Assembly (NCBI GenBank): GCA_013239625.1
Contig: MU056000.1
Span: 13,591,175-13,655,174 of the forward strand
DNA length: 64,000 bases
Source of the DNA: Lama guanicoe
Lineage: Eukaryota
Reading direction: 5' to 3'
Shown: piece by piece, positions 39,350 through 51,601 of the stretch
Layout of the letters: every line of letters starts with the position of its first letter
How positions within the stretch are numbered: the stretch's first letter is position 1
Translations under genes and position numbers: made by a program
The notes under the pieces: model-generated
Seen by the model: only the letters and a program-made list of their open reading frames with translations
What the model was told of the DNA's origin: nothing
Database searches by the model: none

Positions 39350-40740
39350 ATTTTTTTGTTTATAATTTGAACTGAAGTGTGAACGTAGACACACAGATGT
39401 AAATGTATATAAAGTAACAAACCATCTGTGCAGTTGTTTACACAAAGAAGTAGGCAGTAACAATTTCTAAATGCAGAGTGAACACACCTGTATAACTTCC
39501 GCCCATAGAAAAAAACAGGCATTTCTAGCACTCCAAACGTAGCCATGTACCCTGGCATAAATCCGCTCTTGGGGGTGTAACCACCATGGCTGAATTTTGC
39601 TCAAAATTTTGACTTTACATTTGTCCAAGTTGTAAGTAGGATTAGTTTTGCTCATTTAAAGTGTTACTCGGCATTGTGTTGTGTGAATATTCCAAAATGC
39701 ATTTTTCATTCTATTTGTGGTAAGTATGTCTCCATCTTGGGGATCCTACAAACAGTGCTTTTATGAGTAGCCCTGTCCACATCTTTTGGTCTGAGTTTAT
39801 ATGCATGGCTGTTACATCTGGAATGGAATTTCTGAGTCGTAGAATGTGCACGTGTTTATTATGGTGGAGCGGTCTGACTTGACTTTCTCCATGAAGAACG
39901 AGTCTAAGTTCCAGTTTCTCCATGGCCTCACCAACATTTGGTATTTTCATCCCCAGTGCCACCCCACCACACACGCCACAAGTTCATGTTCCAGTGATTG
40001 TGCAGTGACACATTATGTTAAGTTATATTTTTCTTCTCTTAAGTTCATTGACATTATAGCTCTCCTTGTTTTGTGAACTGCCATTTCCAGACTCTTGATT
40101 ATTTACTTTTCTATTTTCATTCTTTTCCTAATTTATTTGAAGGCATTCTGCATAGCTCTCAATATGATCTGGATGTTAGTATTTTATCAGCAGTATATAT
40201 TCCAAATATTTTCTTTCACTCTGTGTGGATTGCTTTTTTATTCCCTTAACAAGTGTAATTTCATGAGCAGAAGTTCTTAAATTTAATATTCAGTTGTTTT
40301 CAATCTTTTCTTTTTTGTGCTCTGTTTAAGAAACCTTTTGTCAGTTCTATCATCAGGAAATATATTCTTGAAGTGTCTATAATTTATTATATTACATTTC
40401 ATATTTTGTCTCACAGTGTCCTGGGTTTAATTTTTTGTTGTTTATAGGTATGCTGTGGGGTCAAGCAGTTTTCCCTTCATATGGATTTATCATTAATCTA
40501 GATACACTTACTGATGAGATAATTCATTCCCAGTATTGTCCCGTGCCTTCTTTATCAAGGACTTACATAAGTATGGGTCTATTTATGGACTAGTTAGTTT
40601 GATTTTTTAAAATCTTTTTAGCTATCCTGGTGCAAATGTATACTCTTAATTACTGCTGATTTATATGTCTTGATATATGGTAGTGTATATTATCCATCAT
40701 TGCTCTTCTATAAAGACTTACCTATATGATTATTCTATGG
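39350..40740 (-). mobile_element. Old L1 (L1ME-like) 3' region
   Basis: 'gagtgaacacacctgtataac', 'ggaatggaatttctgagtcgtagaatgtgc', 'catggcctcaccaacatttggtatt', 'gagcagaagttcttaaatttaat'. Confidence 0.75.
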
Positions 40741-41634
40741 TTCATGACCAAGCCTCTTCTACTGGCATATGAAACCCTGGGTGAAAATATTAAATAGATA
40801 CTGATTATACTGATGTAATTTAATTACCAGAACCAAAGACATTTAGCATCATTAAATTCCTACCTGCAGTCTCCAGCAGTAAGTTTATAACCTCTGATGC
40901 ATGAGCTGAGGGAGAAAACAGGCACTTTTTTCTCTTTAATTGTACTTTTAAAAAGCCGTGTTACTAAAGTTGATTTTTATCATCTGATACATCAGAAACT
41001 TAATTTCTGAAAAGTGAACAGAAAATTTTAATTTTTTTCTTCCCCACCACTTTAACCTACCAGAATTGGATATTCAAAATGTAAATTCTATAGGAGTAGA
41101 TACACTGTCTGTTCCACTGCTGTACCTCCTACTGTTCAAGTAAAAACATAACAGGTGCTAGAAATATTTGTTCCAAAAATGAATACACATATACCAAATT
41201 TTTAAAAATATATTTTTACTTAACTTTTTTAAGCATATAAGAACTTACCAAATGAAAATGCAAAGACGCTGATTTATTTTATGTATGCACTACTGCTATT
41301 TAATGACAAGCATTCCCAAAGCACATAACTCTTATAGTTATGTAATGTAGAGTGTAGACTGAGTGAATGATTTCCCTTGAGGCATATGCAAACATGATTC
41401 ATACTCTTCAGGATGTTAACTCCAGTCTTCCTAGAGTGCATAATGAAATGTAGAAGATGTAAAATTATAATTTCAATTGTATCAGCAGTTAGGAAACGAG
41501 GAGGGAACCAGAATTACAGAGTTATGGAGAAGAAACGAAGTATTCAATTCATTGTGCTAACCTTAGACTAGGCCAGTATTTCACAGTACATTCTGGCTTT
41601 GAAATTTTTACATAATGTATACAGACGTGGTATA

Positions 41635-42203
41635 CGTGGCAGATAGAACAGTCCTCCCTAATATATCTACAGCTTAATCTCTGGAACCTGTGAATAGATA
41701 ACCTCATGTGGCAAAAGTTACTTTGAATGGACCTTAAAAGATAGTGACCTTTCTCTGCATTATCCAGTTGGACCCCATCTAATTACATGATTCCTTTAAA
41801 GCAGAGAACTTCCTCCCTCTGGAGGCAAGAGTGATGAGGCAGCAAGAGTGTGGCTTGCTGTTGCTGACTTAGAAGATAAAGGAGACCATGAGCCAGGAAA
41901 TAGAGATCGCCTCTAAAAGCAGAAAATGACTCCCAGGGGATGGCCAGCCAAGAAACCGGGACCTCAGTCCTACAACAACTTGGAACTGAATTCAGCCAAC
42001 TCCCTGAATTTTTGTGGAAGCGGCTTTCTCTTTAGAGCTACTGGATAAAAGCTAAGCCGGAAATTCTGGATTTCGATCTTAAGGGACCCTGAGCAGAGAA
42101 ACCAGTTGAGCCCAACTTCAAAACTGTGAAATAATTCATGTGTGTGGTTTTAAGCCACATGATTGGTGAAAATTGGTTATGTCAGCAATAGAAAATGAAT
42201 ACA
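41635..42203 (+). mobile_element. MaLR solo LTR (MLT1D/E-like)
   Basis: 'taatctctggaacctgtgaata', 'gggacctcagtcctacaac..ggaactgaattcagccaac', ends 'cagcaatagaaaatgaataca'; 5-bp TSD-like gtata/gtatc. Confidence 0.92.
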
Positions 42204-42817
42204 GTATCCATCCAAAGTCAAGCAAGTAATTGTTTTAAGGTCCAGAATCTCTCTGTTTCTACATATTTCTCTCTCTCTCTGACTTCAATATTTCACTCCT
42301 CTGTAGTAGTTCCTCTGATCATGGAATCCATGAATGTATTGTGCTCTCTAATTTCTACAGTTTCAAGGCATCCTGTGGACAAAGGGATCTATTTACCGGG
42401 CAAAGCTTATGAATAGAAATGGAAAGTTATACTGGGTGGTTTTTTGGCTTATTTCTCTGCCGTCTTAAACTATATCACCAAGGTCAGGCTCTAGTGATGG
42501 TGGTACCCAGCTACTGTCCTTATTGTGAAGCACATTTGATAGCCTTTGGGGACCCAACAGGACACTTTATATGACCCTCTGAGTTTTTCCAGTATCTTGT
42601 GGAAAGACATCATCTTCTCTTTCCATCTCCCCCTATGCACTGCATAGAAACTCATCTTTCTACAACGTAGTATATAGTTTGGTTTGACTTGAGACATAGC
42701 TCTGATTTATCACCTAACTCCACCTTCCCATCTTCCCGTCCTCCTGTTGAAAAAATTCACACAGAAAATTGGTCAATCATTATAGAATCCCCAGCTGTCT
42801 GTGGAAATAGAATATAT

Positions 42818-42998
42818 AGTATGAACTGACCCCATGTCATGATTTTTCATATTTTATGTCTTTAAAATTGAAGTATGTCTTAGAATTGATTATTTGCCAT
42901 GGTTTAATTCATAGACTTACTATAACTTCTTTCTTAATAGTAAATAAAACAATGGCACAGCTGAACATCAATGTCATCCTAGATTTGATGCCATGCAG
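42818..42998 (+). mobile_element. Tc2/Tigger-type MITE (MER104-like)
   Basis: 'ttttcatatttta...gtcttagaattgat...catggtttaatt...ttctttcttaatagtaaataaaacaatgg...catcctagatttgatg'. Confidence 0.6.
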
Positions 42999-43188
42999 TC
43001 TATGCATGAACGTATCTTCTAATAGATGGTGAATCCATGCATGAAAATATGTATACATAAACAGGTACAAACATGTGTGTCCTTGTGAGAGAACTTTTAC
43101 TGAGGAGATTTACACACATCGATACCTAACAGAAGCATACACTTTTGATTTTACCACCAGTACTACGTTACAAATGGACTAGAATGAT

Positions 43189-43325
43189 CAGGGCCAGGGT
43201 TTTGGTGTTGCGGTCATAGTTTTTGTCTTGCCCCAAGAAACATTCTCTCTAGCTACCATTGCACATCTTCCTTTCTGAACAAGGGTTGCTCATACATGGA
43301 GCACTGGACAATATTCTGAGCTGGA
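43189..43325 (+). mobile_element. hAT-Tip100 MITE (MER45A-like), diverged
   Basis: Starts 'cagggcc', contains 'tgaacaaggg...gcactgg', ends 'agctgg'. Confidence 0.4.
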
Positions 43326-44559
43326 AGGGAAACCTAGTTTTCTTCCTATTACTATAAAATATTTCATCCACAGAGAGATGATGGTTAAACATTTGAGCCC
43401 AAACATAAATTCTAGATGTGGTGGTTGTAGGGGGAGGCAGATAATAAAAAAAATAACAAAGAATTAAATTTTTAAAGAGAAGGAAAAGAAAGTCAATCAG
43501 GAGAATAACTAGTTACAGTATTTAAAGGAGAAGAGAGCTGTGTAACATCAGAGAAACCAACAGAAGCAGGAGCTTCTAATGGAGAATGTCAGTCATAGGC
43601 TATATTTAACTTCACTTATTCTTAATAATCTCTTTAATGATAAATCCAATATCAATAATCCATTTTTTAAGTTAGACACAAGGGTGTGATAGAATCCTAG
43701 AAATTATTAATGCAAGAGAACAGAACCAACTCACAAAATATGTTAAAAGCTATGCTTACAGCACTGATTTCTGAACACTGTAGCTTCTGAAACTAAAACT
43801 GACACGTTAAACAAGGAACCTCAGATTCATGTTTCTAAAATATGTCATTTACTATAGGGAATAGTGTAACCCCAAAACACTTCAGACAAAAATCTTTAAT
43901 ATAGTAAAATTGTTTAAATATGTCATTTATCCATTAGGCTGTCAGACAACACTCCCACACGCAATGAAATGCTTGCTTTTTGACGTTTGGAGTCGTGTGG
44001 GAAGATCTCTGCACTGCACAGGCTAAAATAAGTGCCCTAAATATACTGTACAGAGACAATTTTCAGTTAGGACAAATCATATGGGATTAATGTAAATAAA
44101 TTCCACATCTGAAATTGTTTTGAAAAAAAAAAGAGTAATAGTCTAGACTTCAGCAATGTATTTGTTAGCGAAAGAAAAAAAAAATACAAGCCAGAATTAA
44201 ATAACAGCAACAGAATAGAAATGAATGCAATTGAATAAATCCATAGCATACAATTGAAATGAGAAGAGAACGATATGATTTCATTAATTTCCTGACAGAA
44301 GGATTATTTGATTTAGAAGCAACCATATAATTTATTTTGATGTACAGTAACATACAATTCGTTGATAATATAACACAAATGGCTTTTCCCATAAATCACA
44401 TGTAATTCATTCCTGGCACAATTTTACAAGATAGTCGTGTTGAGAGATATGGTCCACTATTAGAGAGCTAATTATATATAAAAACAAGCTTGACTTTTCA
44501 AATGATAGAATCTTGGGCCCAAAGTAGTCATGGTAACCAAAAGCAACACCACAAAACTA

Positions 44560-45012
44560 TCACTTATTTAAGATTGTAAGGACATGTGTCCACTATTAGC
44601 CACTTCCCACAGAGTTGATAAATGCCACCACAAATTTGCAAGGGAAATGCAGTTATTGTCACTTAACAGATTGAAGAACTGAGACTCAAAATGCTCAAAT
44701 AATCTTCCCAAGATCTCATTGTTTAAAAATGGGATGGTTATGGAGTTTGGGGCCAGATATATCTCATTCCATAGCTTATTATCTTTCCACGTAAAATATA
44801 TATTTTCCTATCTGTTTAATGCATTATGCAAAATACTATAGACTTGGAACTGAAAAAAATTTTTAGGCCTACTTATGAGAGAATTTGCTTATAACATTAA
44901 ATATTTTGTGTATTTTCTCCAGGCTTAAGATTTCTCACCTATAAAATAAAGACGTTGGTATAAATTGCCTTCATTTGACTATATTCTACCCTTTTCTCTA
45001 AGCTCTAAATTT
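44560..45012. mobile_element. Head-to-head MIR pair (- ~44560-44800; + ~44820-45012)
   Basis: 'acagattgaagaactgagactcaaa...cttcccaagatctca' and 'gatttctcacctataaaataaagacgttgg'. Confidence 0.6.
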
Positions 45013-45239
45013 AATAAACTTTCCATTCTTTCAGTCAATCACTGTTTGAAAGATCATGTGCTTTTTCATTATTGGTGCTAAAAATTTACGGTTGAAAAGA
45101 TAATTAAAAGCCCAGAATTTATGAGTCATTTAATTATAAATGGTATGAAAAAATAAACATATTACATAATATACTTATAACATTTGTGTGTATACACAGG
45201 CATATTTGTTTGATATTGTTTATAACAATATACCTATAT

Positions 45240-46330
45240 ATGTGAGATAAATAAAATCAAGTTGGGAAACAGATTACGATTGAGGAGGAGTTTTTAAAGG
45301 TGTACGAAGATGGCTTTGCTAAGGTGATATTTGAATAGATTGTTAAGAAACGAGGTGATATTGTGCAGGAGAACTAGGGAATGTTGTCAGAGTCAAAGGA
45401 ACAACAAAGGGGAAAACCCTAAGGCCAGAGCGAGTTCCTTGTATTTCAGAATCTGCAAGAAAATCAGTGTGGCCAGATTGGAATGAACATCTCGAGGGTA
45501 TTCACTCCTCATCCACTCTACTGCAATCAATCAAGTCTGTACTGATATTTTATTTCCCTTTGATTCTGAGAGCTTGCCCCAGGACTTCCAGCTTCCACTA
45601 GTGTTCCCCTTCAGCCAATTTTCTATGGATTAGCAACAGAGGTGTATTGTACAGTCAAATCCTTTTCACTTGTTAAAGACTTCCAGTGGATTATAATCAT
45701 ATTCAGAGTAAAATGCAGACTGCTTAAAATAGTCTAAAAGCCTCTTCATATCTACTTGCTGTAGGACTTGCTGGTGAGTAAGTACTGAAGTGTCAGTAAA
45801 AGATGAGTCTGAAAAGGCTTCCAAATTTTGACCTCGCTCAGTAAATGATGGGGCCGTTAACTGAGCTGGAGAAGATCAAGAGAAACAATGTAGAAGAGAG
45901 AATCAGGTACAGGAGAGCTGGACTTACTCTGTAGAAATGCATAATTGTATTCCAGGTGTGCTGAAGTCATGATGAAAAGACAAGAAATCAGGAGAGCAAA
46001 TATTTTATGAAACAGAAGAATTCCATTGCAGCAATGAGAGAGAGCACGTATATAGGCTCATGCGTAGTCTTAAAGAGGGTGTAATTACTGAAGATAAATA
46101 ATGCTTGAGATGAAGAGATCCATTGTTAGGAATTTGTACCATTGTCAGGCACATGGAGAATAAACACATACACTCAGACACTAAGACTTCAAAGGAGGGG
46201 AGCATTGTTCTTAGGGGGAAAAACTAGGTTTCAACTAACACAAAAGTTAAAGGGCGATTAATAAAAAAAAAAGATGGAGATCATTGTAAGAATTTTAATT
46301 ATGACAGAACTTAAGTCCAAGAAACTAGAG
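45240..46330 (-). mobile_element. L2 with its 45501-45760 segment inverted
   Basis: Antisense L2 to ~45500, sense L2 45501-45760 ('ttccagtggattataatcatattcagagtaaaatgcagac'), antisense again from 'gtaggacttgctggtgag'. Confidence 0.75.
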
Positions 46331-47199
46331 GGGCATTTTTTTTTAAAATATGGGGGGGTGAGTGGCAGGGAGGATAGTGTTAGATTGGGTCAAACTAAGA
46401 TACATAACAGCTCTACAGAGAGAAGAGTCTTGGATATCTGGTCAAAACTGCGGTAAATGAGCATAAATTTCCTCATGGGCTGAGTCCCCAAGGAAATATC
46501 ACAGAATGTGGACTCCTTAGGAAGCTGGTGTGTGGGTGGGAGGAGGTGGGGAGGAGTAAGGGTGGGGCTAAGAGAAAAGTATCAAGTCTTAAATGCACAT
46601 CTAAACACTTTCTTTCAGTTGTCCCTACTTCCCTTTCATGGTAGAAAACAGAAATAGCTTTACTTCAATTATCTTTCAAGAACCAACAATATACAGGCTT
46701 TTAAGACAAGTTAACTAGAAAATGTGGAAGATGGAAATTAACGTTGACTCCAACATGGTATTCATTTATAAATAGAATAAATACATCCTTCAGTGTAAAT
46801 TGCATGTTACATTTTTGTGCTTCTCTCTTTTATGTATTTTTTGTTGCTATAGAAACTTCCTTCATGGAGCCATATAGCTACTTTAATCTTGTCAAGTCTT
46901 TCCTGAGGTAGAAATGATCAACAATTTTTTAAAAAAGATTCAATGAAAAAAAAAAACTGAGTTACAGCGGAAGAACTAATTAAGCAGGTATTCTACTTGT
47001 AGTCTCATGTACATGTTATCCTGTGCATCTGCTGTGTGGGAGGAGACCAAGCATTCAGTATTTCCCTGTGACATGAGTATAGTGATTGTCTTTTCTTTTC
47101 TTTTCTTTTCTTTTTTTTCCTTTCTCTGAATCATTTGCAACATGGAATTGGCAAAATTTAGTTTGGTTTAGTGGCTGATTGTGCTGTGTGTGATAACAC

Positions 47200-47465
47200 A
47201 CTGAAGAAGTAAGCATATATCTTGAAGTCAGATAAGTCAGCCTTTTAGGATCCAGAACAGCTTGTTAGTGGAGTCAGAGCCTGCTAGAACCAGATCTCTT
47301 TGACTCGCCCACTGTGGGGGTCTTGTCCTTTACTTAATCTCTTTCTGCCTCGATTTCTTCGTTAATAAAATGTGTATGGCATAGGCTTAATGTGAGGGGT
47401 GATAAACATAAATCACTTACTTTCTTGTAATAATAAGAGCTCAATAAGAATATTTGCTACTACTG
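47200..47465 (+). mobile_element. MIR SINE
   Basis: 'ttacttaatctctttctgcctcgatttc...taaaatg', 'gagctcaataagaatatttgctactact'. Confidence 0.65.
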
Positions 47466-48603
47466 CAGATAATAGGATGTGTAGTGTTCCATTAAAAAAA
47501 AAAGAAAAGAAAGAAACAAACTACTGCATAAATAGATAGATATGATAGATTTTTATCACATATACAGGAAAAGAATGTATATGTATTTGGATATTTTTAG
47601 CAGTTTTTAAAAATTTCAATCATATTAAAAAACCCAGATTAAGAATATACAATAGCACATCAAAGGCTCAAGAGAATCAAAAAAGAAAAAAAAAACATGG
47701 CATTGAATCATGATCTGAAGGAAGGGATGAGGAGTGTATACTAGACCACTTATTTTTAAATTGTCAAATGACAGGAAATTGAATATTCTTGGCAATGCAC
47801 TGGGAGACACATTGTTACCATTAAGGAGGAATCTAAAAATTAGAGATGAGCTGTCAAAGGCTGAATGAGATTCTGAAGGAACAATTTTTAAAATAACACA
47901 TTCTGATAGGAAGTAAGTAGCATAAAGAAAATGAGAGGGAGGAAGAGCAGCAGCCGAAAGCTTAGAAATAACTCCAAAATGATACTGAGTCTTCAACTAG
48001 AGATAATCATGTGAGGCAATGTGCTTTCTCCACATTTTCAGGATTTTTCTAAAGCAATAGGCCACAAATTGAACATTAAGTGTACAGTTATACCTTTACT
48101 TAACAAGCCTTCAGGCTGCTTGAACATTTTACAGCCTAGGCTTGGGGAAGAAAGAAGAATGGGAAGGCTCATGTGATAACAGAAACATTTCTAGCAACCA
48201 CGTGACTCGCTGGCTGCCATGCTGGAAGTTTGAGAGGTCCAGTTGGGAAATGTTTTCACTGCAAAACTGGATCTTTGATTTCTTTACCTGGATCTTCTAA
48301 AAATATGGAATAAATACCAAAATGCACTCAATAGTGAAAACAGGAAAGCTGTCTGCAACATGTTAGAAATGCAACATTCAAGGACTTAGGATAAGATGCT
48401 TATTATTTTTTAATTTTCCAGCTTGAAGATAAGGATGAATAGGATGAAATGCTCCTCCCTTTCTTATGGAAACATGGAGTCTCTTAGTTCGTTCTCTGTT
48501 GTTCACTGCCCTTTTCCCAGCTCCTGGAAAGGTGATGACATGTAACATAAATGTTGGCTTAATAACACTTCTTGAAAAAAGGATGGAAAAAATTTGAAGT
48601 GTC

Positions 48604-48715
48604 AAAAGAAGAAAAGAAAAAGAATAAGAATAAGAAAAGAATATATATATAAAGGAAGAAAAGAAGGAAAGAAGGAAGGAAGGGAGGGAGGGAGGGAGGG
48701 AAAGAGAAAGAAAAT
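48604..48715. repeat. Purine-rich low-complexity tract (GAAA/GGAA/GGGA)
   Basis: Direct read, including a GGGA run at ~48682-48701. Confidence 0.9.
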
Positions 48716-49167
48716 GAACAGATTTCTTCTTTACAACAGAACACACATGCTTTTTCTGACTTTCATAGAGTTTTGGGCACTATGTCTAGGGTCACAGCTT
48801 CTCAATCCAACCTGAGACATAACAAACATATTTGTCATACAATCCTGGACAAATTATTTAACTTTGCTACACCCAATTTCCTCATCTCTAAAGCAGAAAT
48901 AATATAAATACATAAATGATAATAGTTGTAGCATAGCAAAGCAATGTTTCTTGGTTTAACTGAGATAATACCAGCAAAGAGTGAGCATATAGTCAAATTG
49001 TTGGAGGAAGTTTGTAATAAAATTTCTAATTAAAATAAAATCATAGGACAATTAAAGTGAAAATCAAATGATTTTTAAAAAGAAATGGAATACAGTGAGA
49101 ATATTCTTCCAGAGAACCTAGCCTGAGAAGAGTAACTATAAAAGAGCAGATATCTCATGCTAGGTTT

Positions 49168-49280
49168 TTTTTTTTTTAATTTAACGGGAATGTAGTTGAT
49201 TTACAATGTTGTGTTAGTTTCTGGTATACAACATTGTGAGTCAGTCATATATATGATATTTTTCATTATAGGTTATTACT
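49168..49280 (-). mobile_element. 113-bp L1 3' tip with poly(A) and 10-bp TSD
   Basis: Poly(T), 'tgtagttgatttacaatgttgtgttagtttctggtataca'; TSD tgctaggttt at 49158-49167 and 49281-49290. Confidence 0.92.
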
Positions 49281-49689
49281 TGCTAGGTTTCTTGACAGCT
49301 AAGGCAAGTACATAAACATGATGAGGACCCTATGAAAGGATGCTCACCAAACCATTAGGAAAAGACAGAGTTTTTCACAGAGCAAAATTTTTATGTAGCG
49401 ACCTGAAACTAAATTGGTAGTGTCTTCAAAAGTACCATGTCAAGATGTATATAGAGCAAACAGTCGCAAGGTTATTTCTCAACGTTAAGCAAAGACCACA
49501 ATGCTAAAACTGGGTTCTCTGTACTGTTATTATAAGAAGTTAGAGTATTGTCATTATGTAACATTCTAGTGAAAAATCTGTCAAATCTCACATCCCATGC
49601 CTGGGCTGGGGTGGAGAGATTTCAGTATTTTTCATGGAAAGGACTAAGACTCTCTGTTTTCTGTATCTACAGCTTGCTGGATGGGAGGG

Positions 49690-49933
49690 CAGCGGGCGGA
49701 TGAGTGAAATAAGTGAGGGAGATCAAGAGGAACCAACTTCCATTTACAAAATAAATGACTCATGGGTGAAATGTCCATGGTGGGGAATATAGTCAATAAT
49801 AATGTAATATCTTATGTGATAACTGGATTTATCGTGGTGATCTTTTTGTAATGTATAAAAGAAATCGAACCACTGTGTTGTACAACAGGAACTAACTGTG
49901 TTGTAGGTCAATTATGCTCAAAAACAAACAAAA
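49690..49933 (+). mobile_element. Older L1 3' UTR (L1MA-like), abutting a short antisense L1 piece (~49934-49987)
   Basis: 'gtgagggagatcaagagg...aatatagtcaataat...atcgtggtgatc...aggaactaac...gtcaattat'. Confidence 0.8.
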
Positions 49934-50544
49934 TATTGGCTGTACTTCCTGTGTTATGCAACATAGTCTTGTAGTTATTTTTTATGCAAAGCTTCAGGTT
50001 CCTGGTTTGCTACTGTCACTCAAGTCAATTCCACTGAGCATGTAAAATACTATTTCTATAGTGTTTACATCTCTTAAAATACAAATATCCAGCCATCACC
50101 TTTTATTTAGGTCCTGAGGAAGTCATAATTAAAGGATTTATGGGATGTTAAAGTTTGTTCTGGTTTATCAAAAAAGTCAATGAGAATTATGCTGAGAAAG
50201 GCACAAGGAAATGATAACTTTCTAAGGTTTATGGAAATCATGTAGTACATGAAAATTTTAAAAAGTTATTATTCAGAAATAATATCTGATTGTTCTAGTC
50301 TCTAAATGAACGTATTCACATATGGATGAATTTCAGAATATTCAAGTTTGAATGGTAAATAAATGTGCAACGGCATTAGAAGATGACTGTTATTTTATGG
50401 TGACAACTGTAAGCTTTGTGAAATATAGTCCATTCAGACAATATTGATATAGTGACTTACATGTTCTTTTTTCTTTTTTCCCCATCATTGGTTTCTGTAG
50501 AAATACAAATATATATGCTCCTTCTTGCTAACTTCTAAAGTAGC

Positions 50545-51307
50545 TCTTAGATGTTGGTCTTGGTAACAATTTTTTGGTCATGACACCAAAAGCACAGCAA
50601 CAAAAGCAAAGTAAATAAGTGGGACTTCATCAATCCAAAAAGCTTCTTCACAGCACAAGGGTCAACAAAATGAAAGGCAACCTACAGAATGGGAGAAAAT
50701 ATTTGCAAATCATAAAGTTGATAGGGATTTATATTAAGAAGATTAAGGAACCCATACAACTCAATAGTAAAATAACAACAACAAAACAATCTGATTTAAA
50801 AATGGGCAGAGTAACTGAATAGACATTTTTCCAATGAAGACACCCAAATGGTCAATGGGTACATGAAAAACAAATGCTTAACATTTCTAATTATCAAATG
50901 AAAGCAACCAAAAACACAACGCGAGATCACATCACATCTGTTATAACGACTATTACCAAAAAGATAAGAGATAACAAGTATTGGTGAGGATATGGATAAA
51001 AGGAAATCCTTCTTCATTTTTGATGGTAATGTAAATTGATTCAGCTACTATGGAAAACAAATGGAGGTTCCTCAAAAAGTTAAAAACAGATAAATTAAGA
51101 GTTTGGGATTAACTTATACACACTACTATATATAAAATAAACAATAAGAACTTACTGTATAATACAAGGAACTATATTCAATGTCTTGTAATAACCTATA
51201 ATGGAAAAGGGTCTGAAAAATAATATATATATGTATTACTGAATCACTTTGCTGTACACCTAAAACTAACACAGCATTGTAAATTAATTATACTTCAATT
51301 TAAAAAA
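50545..51307 (+). mobile_element. L1 ORF2 C-terminal region joined at ~51090 to a distal L1 3' UTR
   Basis: 'aaggcaacctacagaatgggagaaaatatttgcaaatcat', 'atggaggttcctcaaaaagttaaaaacaga' jumping to 'taaattaagagtttgggattaac...ctgaatcactttgctgtacacc'. Confidence 0.9.
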
Positions 51308-51320
51308 GTGCTTAAGAAAC

Positions 51321-51601
51321 ACTCACAGACATAGTAAACGAACTTATGGTTACCGGGGGGAAGATGGGGTGGGAAGGGATAAACTGAGAATTCGAGATCT
51401 GCAAATATTAATTACTAAATATGAAATGGATAAACAACAAGTTTCTTCTGTATAGCACAGGGAACTATATTCAATATCTTGTAGTAGCCTATAATGAAAA
51501 AGAATATGAAAACAAATACATATATGTATGTGTATGACTGAAACATTATGCTGTACACCAGAAATTGATACATTGTAAACTGACTATACTTCAATAAAAA
51601 A
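51321..51601 (+). mobile_element. Younger camelid-type L1 3' end next to the tail of the previous L1
   Basis: 'actcacagacatagtaaacgaacttatggttaccgggggg...cattgtaaactgactatacttcaataaaaa'; same type as 6679-7099. Confidence 0.92.

Noticed and set aside
47625..48815. 122-123 aa ORFs
   Set aside because: Driven by low-complexity or AT-rich composition; no splice or domain support.
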